Positions 32,844-42,665 of a stretch of 64,000 bases of DNA are shown here, piece after piece. Positions within the stretch are counted from its first letter, which is position 1. Every line of letters starts with the position of its first letter. Source of the DNA: an uncultured delta proteobacterium (GTDB lineage Bacteria > Desulfobacterota > Desulfobacteria > Desulfobacterales > UBA2156); assembly GCA_963736855.1 (NCBI GenBank), contig CAVTQK010000021.1, positions 512,001 through 576,000 on the forward strand. The letters run 5' to 3'. The notes below the pieces were generated by a model. It worked only from the letters and a program-made list of their open reading frames with translations. It made no database searches and had not been told where the DNA came from. Position numbers and translations under genes: made by a program.

Positions 32844-34489
32844 TTCGGTTTCACTTTTTCGGCAATGTCCTTTTTCAAGGCTTCTTTGTTTACCTTTCCC
32901 GAATCCCCGACGATGGGAAAGGCTTCCACGATTTCAAGCCGCTCCGGCAGTTTGAACATCGCCAGCTTCTGGGCTTTCAGGAATTCCACCATTTCTTTAA
33001 AAGTAAAGGTCTGTCCCTGCTTGGGGATGACGTATGCGCAGGCCCGCTCTCCCATTTCCCTGTCCGGATATCCCACGATGGCCACCGATGATACCTTGGT
33101 ATGTTCGTTGAGCAACCCTTCGATTTCGGCAGGGTAAATGTTTTGGCCGCCTCGGATGATCATGTCCTTGGCCCGTCCCAAGATCCAGAGGCATCCCTTC
33201 TCAACCTTCACGATGTCACCGGTGGTGGTCCATCCATCCGGGTCGAATACCGTTGCGGTGAGGGCTTCATCCCGATAGTATCCGGCTGGTGCATGCGGTC
33301 CCCTGAAATACAAAATTCCCGGTTGTCCTTCTGGGACTTCTTTTCCCTCTTTATCGACAAGTCGCACCTTGTTTCCGGGCAGCATGCGGCCCACACTCCT
33401 TCGACGCAACTCTTTGGAATCATCGATACGACATCCGGAAACAGACCCCATATCCTGTGTGCCCAGGTCGGATGTGATCACCGCATTGAAGGCCTTCTCG
33501 ACTTCTTCGGCGATCTGGGGAGAAAGGTAACCGCCGGCCGACCGGATAAACCGTAAGGAACTGAGATCGTATTTGGAATAGTCGGCCTCCAGCATCCTGA
33601 TTAAGTGAGTGGGAACGACGCCGATGGCGGTGGCGTGTTCCTTTTCGATGAGGGCCAGCGCCGCATCCGGGGAGAACTCTTCCAGCATCACGGTCTTGGC
33701 GCCGACCAAGGGGGCAGCAAAATAGGTGAGCGTCCCGGCGGCGCCCCCGGCGTGCGGAGCGATGGCCATGGCGATGTCGTCTTTCGTAAGGTCCCACAGC
33801 CCAATGCGTCCTTTGGAAGTACAAACACGCGGGGCTGTGGGCCATTCCACCAGCTTGGGAATTCCGGTGGTCCCGGAAGTCGTGGTAAGAATCGCCACGT
33901 TCCATATGGGATCGAGCCGGCGGGCATCCAGTATGGATTCGTTCAACGGCTTCTTGGCCCGATCAAAAGCTATTTTCGTCAACGAATAAGTCCCTTCCGG
34001 GGCATGCGGAGGAACCTGATCATCAAAAAGAAAAATCCTTCTTAGATGGGGAAATTCCTTCTGAAGCTCCCGGTACATTTCAAGATAGTCGAATTTGTTA
34101 TAAACATGAGGAATGACCACGGCGGAAGCCTTGGTCCGCTCCACCATATAGTGAAGCTCCCTTTGGCGCAGGTAAGGATACACAGTCAACGATATCAGAC
34201 CCGCACGCTCGCAGGCGATGCGCGAAAGAAACCCGAATACGCTGTTGGGTGACTGAATGATGACCCGGGAAAATTTTTCGATGCCCATCTCCACCCAAGA
34301 AGCGGCAATAGCATCCACCAAGCGCTTGGCCTCGGCCCATGTCAATCGATATTTGGAATCGACCAGGGCCTCCCGGTCTCCCAACTCCCGCGCATTTCTT
34401 TCATAAAAGTCGAAAAAAGTTTCCCGGGTCCAGTGTCCGTCTTTCACGAATTCATCGACCATCTTTTCGTTGTAACGGATCGGTTTCAA
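32840..34489 (-). CDS. AMP-forming acyl/aryl-CoA ligase (candidate 4-hydroxybenzoate-CoA ligase by context)
   Basis: TTSGTTGIPK, TGD, GRAKDMIIRGGQNIYPAEIE, SGKV. Confidence 0.85.
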   Translation of the reverse strand: MKPIRYNEKMVDEFVKDGHWTRETFFDFYERNARELGDREALVDSKYRLTWAEAKRLVDAIAASWVEMGIEKFSRVIIQSPNSVFGFLSRIACERAGLISLTVYPYLRQRELHYMVERTKASAVVIPHVYNKFDYLEMYRELQKEFPHLRRIFLFDDQVPPHAPEGTYSLTKIAFDRAKKPLNESILDARRLDPIWNVAILTTTSGTTGIPKLVEWPTAPRVCTSKGRIGLWDLTKDDIAMAIAPHAGGAAGTLTYFAAPLVGAKTVMLEEFSPDAALALIEKEHATAIGVVPTHLIRMLEADYSKYDLSSLRFIRSAGGYLSPQIAEEVEKAFNAVITSDLGTQDMGSVSGCRIDDSKELRRRSVGRMLPGNKVRLVDKEGKEVPEGQPGILYFRGPHAPAGYYRDEALTATVFDPDGWTTTGDIVKVEKGCLWILGRAKDMIIRGGQNIYPAEIEGLLNEHTKVSSVAIVGYPDREMGERACAYVIPKQGQTFTFKEMVEFLKAQKLAMFKLPERLEIVEAFPIVGDSGKVNKEALKKDIAEKVKPK

Positions 34490-34564
34490 AACTTAACCTC
34501 CTTGGTTCATACAGGGTCATTTCAAATGTTCCCGGGAAGGGAATACCGTGCTCGATGCTTTCGA

Positions 34565-35089
34565 TTATTTCCCGGGTTCATCCTTTTCCTTTCGGGACCG
34601 GATACTCGATTTGAAGGTGTCCCAGAAGTCCTTGTTCTTATTTTTCCATGCCGCTCCGAAGCGTTTTTCAAAATAAGAGCTTGGAAGCCGTTCTTCCCAT
34701 GATTCCCAGGGATTCACCCCTTCTTTTTTAGACTTTAAAACATCGATGAGAAATGACTCGATGTTGTTGAGCTCTTCCTTGGGTACATAGGATGCAGCCC
34801 CCTCCTTGATGGATTTCACGATACTCCCGGGGGTCAGTGCATGCGCTGTCAACATGACGGCAGGGATCCCCTTCTTCTTGGCGATTTCAAGCAGTCCATA
34901 ACCACCCACGCCCATGATATCCAAGATCGCAATATCGAAATTCCGGGTCTCCAGCAGACGCTTGGCCTGCTCAAAGGAAGAGGCTTTCACCAGTTCACAC
35001 ATGGGAAGGAGGTCTTCCAAGGTCTCCAGGATGTCCGGTTCGTCGTCTACAGCCAGAATCCGCTTTCCGTCCAGGGGATTGTTTGACAT
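34565..35089 (-). CDS. Response regulator receiver protein with a short C-terminal extension
   Basis: ILAVDDE, ILDIMG, MLTAH, YVPK. Confidence 0.85.
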   Translation of the reverse strand: MSNNPLDGKRILAVDDEPDILETLEDLLPMCELVKASSFEQAKRLLETRNFDIAILDIMGVGGYGLLEIAKKKGIPAVMLTAHALTPGSIVKSIKEGAASYVPKEELNNIESFLIDVLKSKKEGVNPWESWEERLPSSYFEKRFGAAWKNKNKDFWDTFKSSIRSRKEKDEPGK

Positions 35090-35213
35090 GATCCATACTC
35101 CTTGACTCGGTTTGCCGACGGCGGCCTTCGTATGCAGAGGGATTTCCGGCAAACCCATCATTTTGGTATTAAGGTTGCGCCGGTATAGATCTGGTCCTTC
35201 GCAACCGAGCAAG

Positions 35214-36626
35214 CTACAGTCCCAATTCGGACCACCGTGACTTTACACGCCTGACTATTTCCGCATCCAGCTCGATGGGAATCGGCTTTTTTTCCCAGTC
35301 ATAGGGAATGGTGGCGTCCATGAGGAGTCTCCCGGTGATGTCCCGGGAATCGATGGGCAGAGATGGATCCAGCGGTGTGGAGCGGCCCCGTTTGATGATT
35401 TGGCACCGGTTGGGCTGGAAGCGGAAGCTTAAGGCATACATGACCCGGGGAATGTCCCATGGATCGATGTCTTCGTCCACGACGATGACCGTTTTCAAGC
35501 CGTAGGCGCCCATCTCCGTAGAAATGGCCGCGGTCAGGACCTGATCCGCATGTCCGGGATACATCTGCTTCATGGAAATGATGGCCAGAAACCTTCCGGA
35601 TCCTTCCGGCGGGCAGTAAACAGCCTTCAATCCCGGAATTTTCATCGCCAACAACTGTTGCCAGAGGGCAGCCCCATAAGATAGGGCCATGGTCATGTGA
35701 GTATCCGTGACGGCCCGGCCCACCGTGGTCCCCCAGAAGATGGGGTTGTTCCGGAAGGTAACGCATTTGACGTCGATGAAATTGCGTGGATCGGTTCCCA
35801 CGCCGGAATAATAACCGGTATATTCCCCGAATGGGCCTTCCTCCATGAATTTTTCGGCATCCACTTCTCCTTCAACGACAATCTCTGCATGGGCGGGAAT
35901 CGGCAGATCCACCGTTTCGCCTTTGACGACCTCCACCGGCTCCTTCCGAAGCGCGCCACACACATCGTATTCGGACACGAAGGCCGAAACCCGTGCAGCA
36001 CCTACAATAAAGAGAAGCGGATCGCACCCCACCACCGAGGCCACCGGCATCGGTTTATGCATTGCCTGGTATTTTTTCAGCATGATATCCGCGTGTTTCC
36101 CCTTGATGAACTGGGTTCCGATCTTGTTTTTGCCCAAAAGCTGACTTCGGTAGGTCCCCAGGTTGACCCAATCACTGTCAGGGTCCTTGCTGATGATGAA
36201 ATGGGCTGTTCCAAAAAAACGTCCACCGTCTTTGGGATAAAATTTGGGAACCGGGAATTTATAAAGATCGATATCATCGCCCTTCAGGATGTTTTCTTTA
36301 CAAGGCGCCTGGGATTTATTCACCTCCTTTGGCGGTACCAGGTTTTCCCCGAGCTTGGCCCACGCCACATAAAGATCCACCAGGGTTGAATCGAGCGGCT
36401 GGCCCATGATCATCGCCAGCCTTTGGGTCGTCGTGCACACACTGGTGATGACCGGCGTCTTGTAGCCTTTGACGTTTTCAAAAAGAAGCGCCGGGCCGCT
36501 TTCTTCCTCGTTGAGCTTGGCGATATGGGAAAGTTCCAGGTTCCAGTCCACTTCCGCCTTGATTCGCTTCAACAATCCCTCGGATTCTGCCTTCGCTATA
36601 AAATCCCTCATGCTTTTCATACCCAT
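35214..36626 (-). CDS. ppcB: Phenylphosphate carboxylase beta subunit-like (UbiD family, prFMN-dependent)
   Basis: PALLFENVKG, DGGR, NLGTYR, EEGPFGEYTGYY, VVDEDIDP, TPLDPS; RBS GGAGG before ATG 36626; directly downstream of ppsAB. Confidence 0.8.
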   Translation of the reverse strand: MGMKSMRDFIAKAESEGLLKRIKAEVDWNLELSHIAKLNEEESGPALLFENVKGYKTPVITSVCTTTQRLAMIMGQPLDSTLVDLYVAWAKLGENLVPPKEVNKSQAPCKENILKGDDIDLYKFPVPKFYPKDGGRFFGTAHFIISKDPDSDWVNLGTYRSQLLGKNKIGTQFIKGKHADIMLKKYQAMHKPMPVASVVGCDPLLFIVGAARVSAFVSEYDVCGALRKEPVEVVKGETVDLPIPAHAEIVVEGEVDAEKFMEEGPFGEYTGYYSGVGTDPRNFIDVKCVTFRNNPIFWGTTVGRAVTDTHMTMALSYGAALWQQLLAMKIPGLKAVYCPPEGSGRFLAIISMKQMYPGHADQVLTAAISTEMGAYGLKTVIVVDEDIDPWDIPRVMYALSFRFQPNRCQIIKRGRSTPLDPSLPIDSRDITGRLLMDATIPYDWEKKPIPIELDAEIVRRVKSRWSELGL

Positions 36627-36651
36627 GAACTTGACCTCCATTTGCGTATTA

Positions 36652-36718
36652 TTGATGAAATCGTAAAAAGGCTGATTTTTCTCGCGCCGCTCACAAAACC
36701 TTTTTACGAAGCCATCAA
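36652..36718. repeat. Short (67-bp) MITE/REP-like element, copy D
   Basis: TTGATGAAATCGTAAAAAGG...CCTTTTTACGAAGCCATCAA; terminal repeats only. Confidence 0.75.
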
Positions 36719-36760
36719 ATATTAGCTCGTTTAATAAACCGACGATACTTTTCAAGCCGT

Positions 36761-37831
36761 CTATTGGGGGATTTTGATCCGCTTCATGGCCTGTTCCATC
36801 AGCAGCTCATACCCGCTTTTGGCGCCGATGACGGATTTAGCCTGTTTTCGGCTCCAAACGGTTTCCGGCCTTGCCTGAACGATGAAGATGTTATCGGGAA
36901 AGGGCCTATCCGTGTCGATGGCCCATTCGATATCCATGGGCTTTCCGTAATGGCGTTCGATATACTTGGCGATTTTGACGAGCTCCTTGATCTCCCGATC
37001 TTCAAGACAGCAGATGCACTGTCTTTCCGGTTCGACATCCACGTTGACCACCCGGCCTTTCTCCGAATCAAAAACACATTCGATGTGTTTGGCGGAGATG
37101 TCTTTTACTCCCGCTTCCAGGATGACTTTATCCACGACAAAGCGGTCCGGATTCACCGACCCGGACACCACGGTCTCCCCGAGTCCCCAGCTCCCCTCAA
37201 TGACGACCTTGGAAGGGTCTCCGTTGATCGGATTGAGGGTAAACATAACGCCGGCCGCTTTGGAATTGACCATTTTCTGAACCCCGACGCTGATGAAAAC
37301 CTTTTCGTGTGGAAATCGATTTCGGACTCGGTAGGCAATGGCCCGTGAGGTAAACAGGCTGGCCCAGCAGCGCTGAACATGTTTAGCCACTTCGGATCCG
37401 CCCTTTATCCAGAGATAGGTATCCTGTTGACCCGCGAAGCTGGCCGTGGGCAGATCTTCGGCAGTCGCGCTCGACCTGACAGCCACCGGTATAATCTGTA
37501 AACCGCATTGATCGCAGAGCCTATTATAGCTTTCTTCGATGGAAGCTCGAATATCCGGAGCCAAGGTAGCTTTTTGAATCAAGTTTTGAATGGTTTCAGA
37601 AGCTGCATCCAGGGATGAAACATCGTCGACATTCACGGCGGACAGCACTTCGAGGATGGTATCCTGGATCCCTGCCCGTGTGATGAAGTGAACATAGGCG
37701 TCGGTGGTAACGGCATAGCCAGGGGGGACCCGAATGCCGGCCTTGATCATCTCACCCAAGCTTGCATTCTTACCTCCCACCACGGAGAGCGAATGCTTAT
37801 CCAGATCTCTTAAATCCAGGACGTATTGCAT
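36761..37831 (-). CDS. ppsB: Phenylphosphate synthase ATP-binding subunit-like (stand-alone PEP-synthase N-domain)
   Basis: VGGKNASLGE, VAVRSSATAEDLPTASFAGQQDTY, WGLGE, DIEWA, VQARPET; no pyruvate-binding domain. Confidence 0.8.
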   Translation of the reverse strand: MQYVLDLRDLDKHSLSVVGGKNASLGEMIKAGIRVPPGYAVTTDAYVHFITRAGIQDTILEVLSAVNVDDVSSLDAASETIQNLIQKATLAPDIRASIEESYNRLCDQCGLQIIPVAVRSSATAEDLPTASFAGQQDTYLWIKGGSEVAKHVQRCWASLFTSRAIAYRVRNRFPHEKVFISVGVQKMVNSKAAGVMFTLNPINGDPSKVVIEGSWGLGETVVSGSVNPDRFVVDKVILEAGVKDISAKHIECVFDSEKGRVVNVDVEPERQCICCLEDREIKELVKIAKYIERHYGKPMDIEWAIDTDRPFPDNIFIVQARPETVWSRKQAKSVIGAKSGYELLMEQAMKRIKIPQ

Positions 37832-37858
37832 CCCTTCTTCTCTTTCTCCACCCCCTAC

Positions 37859-37901
37859 CCCCTCTCCTTTACATTTCCGATGAAAGATGAAAGGAGAGGG
37901 G
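37859..37901. repeat. Intergenic hairpin between ppsA and ppsB
   Basis: CCCCTCTCCTTT...AAAGGAGAGGGG 12-bp stem. Confidence 0.5.
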
Positions 37902-37965
37902 ATTTTGTTGGCCTCGGAGATCCGGTGAGATTCAGGGGGCCGTAGAGTCTCACATGGATTCCGGT

Positions 37966-39822
37966 TTATGAGGCCCTTTTGACAATAGTGACCACGCCTG
38001 TATCACCATCCACCCGAATGATGTCTCCGGTTTTGATGATAGAAGTGGAAATCCCGGTTCCGGTTACGGATGGAACGCCGTATTCCCGGCACACAATAGC
38101 TGCGTGACTGGTAAGACCACCAATATCGGTCACCGTCGCTTTAATCTGGGTGAAGACCGGGGCCCAGGAAGGGTTGGTGGACGGGCATACCAGGACTTCT
38201 CCGGCTTGGAGTTTCACGATATCTTTGAGCAGCTTCAGAACCCTTGCCGGGCCTTCGGCAACACCTGCAGACGCAGCAAATCCTTTGATCTCGTTGACAT
38301 CTCCTCCTGCAGAGGCATCGACGCCTTTTAGCCACTCCTTGACTTTGTCTGTGGTGATACCCCAGAGCATGATCGTAAAAGGTTCCGCCACTTCTTCGGG
38401 GGGTACACCCAGGGCCGGCGTGGGAGCCCAATTCTTTGCTGCATCCAGGATTTTTCTGCGTTTCTTAACCTTATCTTTGTAATAGGCGCCCCGATGCGCG
38501 ATGTTTTCCCCCAGGGCCCACCATGTGGACACTTCCGTCAAAAGTTCGGGAATTTCATAGCGATTGAACATGAAAAGATCATCCGCCTCTTCGATCATCC
38601 CGCATTTGACCAGGAGTGCGCCGATCTTCCTGATTTTCTGATACCAAATAGTATGGAACCAATGTTCGACCCAGAAGAGATGATCTTCGGCATACCGATA
38701 TATCGTCCGAATGGTGGTATAAGCGCCGTCAAAGGATTTCCGGTCTTCCTCGGTTTTAATCAAGGCGCGGTATTCGGAAACGATGGCATCCCTTCGTTTT
38801 TCGATTTCATCCAGGGACCGCTCGATGGTTTCCCCTCTTTCCAGACGCTCCACGTAACTTTTGATATACCCATAGGGAATTTCAGGGGCCGTGATCCAGC
38901 TTCCCTCATAGTGAAACCATCCGCTGCCGCAGGACACATAAAACCAGGGATCTTTAGCTTTTTCATACTCTTCCAGCCATTGCCTTCCATCCGGCGTCTT
39001 TTGGAGTTCGGCAATCTTTTCTTTCACTGAAACGTTCTTCTTAATCACCTCTGCAACGCCCCTCAATGATTTCGCCAACCGCGCCAGACGGCAGAGCTCT
39101 TCTTCAGGCCGGAACATGGACACATAGGCGCCGGCCACCATCTTTCCGATGGCGCTCTCGCTGATGCCCGGGAAAAGTTTTCTCGCCACATCGGCAAACA
39201 TGAGATATGCCAGATATGTCAGGTTGAGCATTTCGAAATGATACTGCCACCCTTTGAACACTTGGTTCACCAGCGTGTCGAAGGCGGCAATAAGGTCATA
39301 GGAAATATAACATCCGGTAGGTACCGGAAGTACCTGATCTTCGGGAACAAATTTCGGGAATGCATCCGGAATTTCAACGGCCTTCATTTCTTCGCCGAGT
39401 TTTTTAAATTTTATCAGCCACTTGTCCCACAACTCGTCATAGTGCTCAAACACGTAAAAGACCCTCTTACCAAAATGCCCGGCCTTTTCCTGGATGATCT
39501 CCGGCGGCGGGGGTGCAACTGCACAAATGTAAAGATAGCAGCCCATCAACCGCTGGGCGATGCCCTGTGCCGGGGGAATGCAAAAGACGCGGGTGGTATA
39601 CTGGGAAAGGGAGATCTGCCATGCCTCCTGGAAAATAAGATCTAATGGAGGCAAAGGATCGGGGGCATGGATCTTGTCCTGGTACCAGAATTGCTGTTTT
39701 TCCCACTGGCCTCTGTCCTCTGAAAAGAAAAAGTGTGACGGGTACATCTCTTTCCAGCCTTCAAGCTCAGAGGGGACCTGAAACTCGTGGGGATCGGGAA
39801 ATCTTCCTGGTTTTTCTGCCAT
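37966..39822 (-). CDS. ppsA: Phenylphosphate synthase alpha subunit-like (C-terminal phospho-His domain)
   Basis: RFPDPH...GWKEMYP N-terminus; C-terminal PSWAPVF...GGLTSHAAIVCREYGVP. Confidence 0.8.
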   Translation of the reverse strand: MAEKPGRFPDPHEFQVPSELEGWKEMYPSHFFFSEDRGQWEKQQFWYQDKIHAPDPLPPLDLIFQEAWQISLSQYTTRVFCIPPAQGIAQRLMGCYLYICAVAPPPPEIIQEKAGHFGKRVFYVFEHYDELWDKWLIKFKKLGEEMKAVEIPDAFPKFVPEDQVLPVPTGCYISYDLIAAFDTLVNQVFKGWQYHFEMLNLTYLAYLMFADVARKLFPGISESAIGKMVAGAYVSMFRPEEELCRLARLAKSLRGVAEVIKKNVSVKEKIAELQKTPDGRQWLEEYEKAKDPWFYVSCGSGWFHYEGSWITAPEIPYGYIKSYVERLERGETIERSLDEIEKRRDAIVSEYRALIKTEEDRKSFDGAYTTIRTIYRYAEDHLFWVEHWFHTIWYQKIRKIGALLVKCGMIEEADDLFMFNRYEIPELLTEVSTWWALGENIAHRGAYYKDKVKKRRKILDAAKNWAPTPALGVPPEEVAEPFTIMLWGITTDKVKEWLKGVDASAGGDVNEIKGFAASAGVAEGPARVLKLLKDIVKLQAGEVLVCPSTNPSWAPVFTQIKATVTDIGGLTSHAAIVCREYGVPSVTGTGISTSIIKTGDIIRVDGDTGVVTIVKRAS

Positions 39823-40032
39823 TTTTCCTCTCCTTTGTTAGGGGGTTACGCACATATAGATGGAGCTACATCTCCCGCTTGCGCGCGGAAAAGAATGGAC
39901 AGGAATCAAAAAAGGAACCTCAAAACGGTCTGTGCCGCCGGTCGAGCGGTTTTCACCGGCGATCCGATTGCTCTTGGGCACAGTTTTGGGCTCTCTGCCA
40001 TTAAAAGTCAATTTGATAATTTTTATGTCTAT

Positions 40033-40049
40033 TATAAATAAAATTTATA
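40033..40049. promoter_or_regulatory. Candidate LysR recognition box in the divergent ppsA/LysR promoter region
   Basis: TATAA-N7-TTATA (T-N11-A dyad) in an AT-rich intergenic region. Confidence 0.5.
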
Positions 40050-40161
40050 CTAATGGATAAAATCATAAAATATCTTTACGATTTTCGAAAAATCTCTTAA
40101 TATTTATTTTCAGGTTATTCGGGAAGTGACTTCTCCCTCGAATCCATCAGCAAGTGATGCC

Positions 40162-41181
40162 ATGATCAATTTCAATCATCTCCGGATTTTTTTCCATGCG
40201 GCCAAAAGCCAGAACTTTACTCAAGCGGCCAATGACCTGTTCATCACACAGCCTGCGGTTTCAGCCCAGATCAAATGGCTCGAGGAGGCCTGCAACCTGA
40301 TCTTCTTTAAAAAGAGAGGACGACGGGTCCACCTCACCGAAGAAGGAAAAATCCTGTTTGACTACGTCCGGAGGATCTTTGAATTTGAACGTGAGATCGA
40401 AAACGTCATCGAGGATATGCAGCAGCTAAAAATCGGCGTCCTTCGCCTGGGAACCACCAAGACCTATGCCCGGTATTTCATGCCCCTGATGGTCAGCACC
40501 TTTCACGAAAACCATCCCAATATCAAAATCCAGCTCAACGAGGGAAGCTCCCTGGAAATGACTTACAGCCTCCTCGAATTGAAAAACGAGGTAGCCGTCA
40601 TCGCAAAGGTCGAAGATCATCCGGATGTTCAACTGGCTCCTTTCAGCCGTGAAGAAATCGTGGCCATTGCACCGGCCGGCCATCCTTTGGCACAGAAAAA
40701 TAAAGTATCGGTCCAAGAATTGGCGCAAGAACCGATCATCATGAAAGAAATCGGCTCCGGAACTCGAAAACGCGTAACGGAATTATTTGCCGAAGCCGGC
40801 CATACACCCAACATACTTATGGAAACCGGCAACACCGAATTCATCAAACAACTGGTTCAGCGAGGAGAAGGGATCTCCTTTCTGGTCAAGGAAGCCGTCT
40901 GGACTGAAGTTCAAGACAAAAAACTTGCCATACTTCCGATCAGGGGTAAACCACTTTTCCTGGATGTCAGCGTGGCATATCTGAAGAATCAACATCTGTC
41001 CCCTCCGGCCAAGGCCTTTATCCGGATTTTGGACCAGATCAAACCCGGTGATCTGACCCTCAAAGGGATCGGGTCCCTGATGGCGAAAATGTTGGCCAAC
41101 AGAAATATGCCCGTCAGCGAAACGAAAGTAGAAAGACTATCAGATGTACCTATCAGGAGGAAGGAGCGACATGATCTTTGA
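40162..41181 (+). CDS. LysR-family regulator divergent from ppsA
   Basis: NFTQAANDLFITQPAVSAQIKWLE HTH; EIGSGTR substrate-binding domain. Confidence 0.92.
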   Translation: MINFNHLRIFFHAAKSQNFTQAANDLFITQPAVSAQIKWLEEACNLIFFKKRGRRVHLTEEGKILFDYVRRIFEFEREIENVIEDMQQLKIGVLRLGTTKTYARYFMPLMVSTFHENHPNIKIQLNEGSSLEMTYSLLELKNEVAVIAKVEDHPDVQLAPFSREEIVAIAPAGHPLAQKNKVSVQELAQEPIIMKEIGSGTRKRVTELFAEAGHTPNILMETGNTEFIKQLVQRGEGISFLVKEAVWTEVQDKKLAILPIRGKPLFLDVSVAYLKNQHLSPPAKAFIRILDQIKPGDLTLKGIGSLMAKMLANRNMPVSETKVERLSDVPIRRKERHDL

Positions 41182-41689
41182 AATCGATGGGAAACGTCCT
41201 AAAATCGGCGATCACGTCTTCATCGCGCCCACGGCGGTGATCATCGGAAACGTGGAAATCCACGACGGCGCCAGCATCTGGTACGGGACGGTCCTGCGGG
41301 GAGATATGGATGCCATCGTCGTGGGCGAGGATACGAATATCCAGGACAATTGCATCGTGCATACGGATTACGGAAACCCCGCTATCCTGGGCGACCGCGT
41401 GACCGTCGGGCACAATGCCGTGATCCATGGATGCATCGTGGAAGATGAAAGCCTCATCGGCATCGGCGCCATCGTCCTGACCGGCGCGGTCGTCAAGAAA
41501 CATACGGTGGTGGCAGCAGGGAGCCTTGTCCTGGAAAATCAGTCCGTAGGCCCGACTCAACTGGTGGCAGGTACTCCGGCCGCCGTCAAACGGACTCTTT
41601 CAAAGGAAGAATTGCAGGTTTTTAAAAAACCGTTGGAAAATTATCTGCATCTTTCCAAAATCAACGCCAAAATCAAAAGGATCGACTGA
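41171..41689 (+). CDS. Gamma carbonic anhydrase family (hexapeptide repeat) protein
   Basis: VLRGD, NIQDNCIVH, VGHNAVIHGC with three His ligands. Confidence 0.9.
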   Translation: MIFEIDGKRPKIGDHVFIAPTAVIIGNVEIHDGASIWYGTVLRGDMDAIVVGEDTNIQDNCIVHTDYGNPAILGDRVTVGHNAVIHGCIVEDESLIGIGAIVLTGAVVKKHTVVAAGSLVLENQSVGPTQLVAGTPAAVKRTLSKEELQVFKKPLENYLHLSKINAKIKRID

Positions 41690-41706
41690 GCCGAAAGAGA
41701 ACCGTT

Positions 41707-42504
41707 TCACGGCACCGCGAAAAACTCCCTCATGCGATCCTTGCTCATTTTGAGATACCGGCGATCCCGTGAAAAAATCTCCAAGGTGATGGTGTCGTCA
41801 TAACCAGCCTTCTTGAGCACCCGGACAATTCTGTTAAAATCGATGGTGCCGACGCCGATGGGAAGATGGTCGTCCGCCTTCCCCTGGTTGTCGCTTGCGT
41901 GGACATGCCCGATCCGGCTCCCGAAAGCCTCGATGAAGGCCAGGATCCGATCCCCCCTTTTGCTTTCGATATGGGCATGGCCGATATCCAAAGTCAGCCT
42001 CAAGGCCGGAAATTTTTCGAATATAGGGAAAAAATCCTTGGGTTCGGTCCATCCCGGATATCTGGAGAACATGTTTTCAATGCACACGTTAAGCCCCAAA
42101 CGTCCGGCTTCCAAAACGATGATCTCCAGGTTTTCCATGGCAATCTTCTTGGATCGATCCATCACCAGAGGACCCATCCCGCTGATAAAGGGAGGATGCA
42201 GGACGACCTTTTGAGGATGCAGCGCTGCAGCGGCATGAAAGGCATCCTGCATCTCGAGTAATGACGCCTCCCGAATGCGCGGAGTCAGGTCTGCCAGATA
42301 AACAAACGTGGGCATGTGGCAGACCAGGCCCAGGCCGCAATCTGCAAGGGCTTGAGCGATCGCTTTTTCCTGTTCCCGGATCTTTTCATGATGGGCTTCC
42401 GGTGGATCCAGGGTCAGCTCCAGGTAGTCGAATCCCAGATCCGCAATGGACCGGATTTCGTCCACCACCGGCAGAATCGGAAAATTCATGGCACCGTAAC
42501 GCAT
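41707..42504 (-). CDS. Sugar phosphate isomerase/epimerase (AP endonuclease 2 TIM barrel)
   Basis: CIENM, TLDIGHA, HVHASDN, DDHLPIG, TLEIF. Confidence 0.85.
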   Translation of the reverse strand: MRYGAMNFPILPVVDEIRSIADLGFDYLELTLDPPEAHHEKIREQEKAIAQALADCGLGLVCHMPTFVYLADLTPRIREASLLEMQDAFHAAAALHPQKVVLHPPFISGMGPLVMDRSKKIAMENLEIIVLEAGRLGLNVCIENMFSRYPGWTEPKDFFPIFEKFPALRLTLDIGHAHIESKRGDRILAFIEAFGSRIGHVHASDNQGKADDHLPIGVGTIDFNRIVRVLKKAGYDDTITLEIFSRDRRYLKMSKDRMREFFAVP

Positions 42505-42665
42505 TCCTACCTCCTCTTTTATACTCTGATCGCCCTTTCATATCATATTTGAGCAAAACATCATAAGATCTATTGAAAAAAAACCTGTCCCGCTATTTTC
42601 TTCCCTCTGCGTTCCTGGGAAATACAGCCATAGAATTTTGTCTTGATTTTTGTGTAACTATTTGT

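Noticed and set aside
36627..36755. N-terminal extension of PpcB in the ORF track
   Set aside because: Read-through of MITE copy D; a good RBS precedes ATG 36626.
36761..39822. Split or pseudogenised PEP synthase
   Set aside because: No pyruvate-binding domain; the subunit layout and adjacent UbiD/UbiX fit phenylphosphate synthase.
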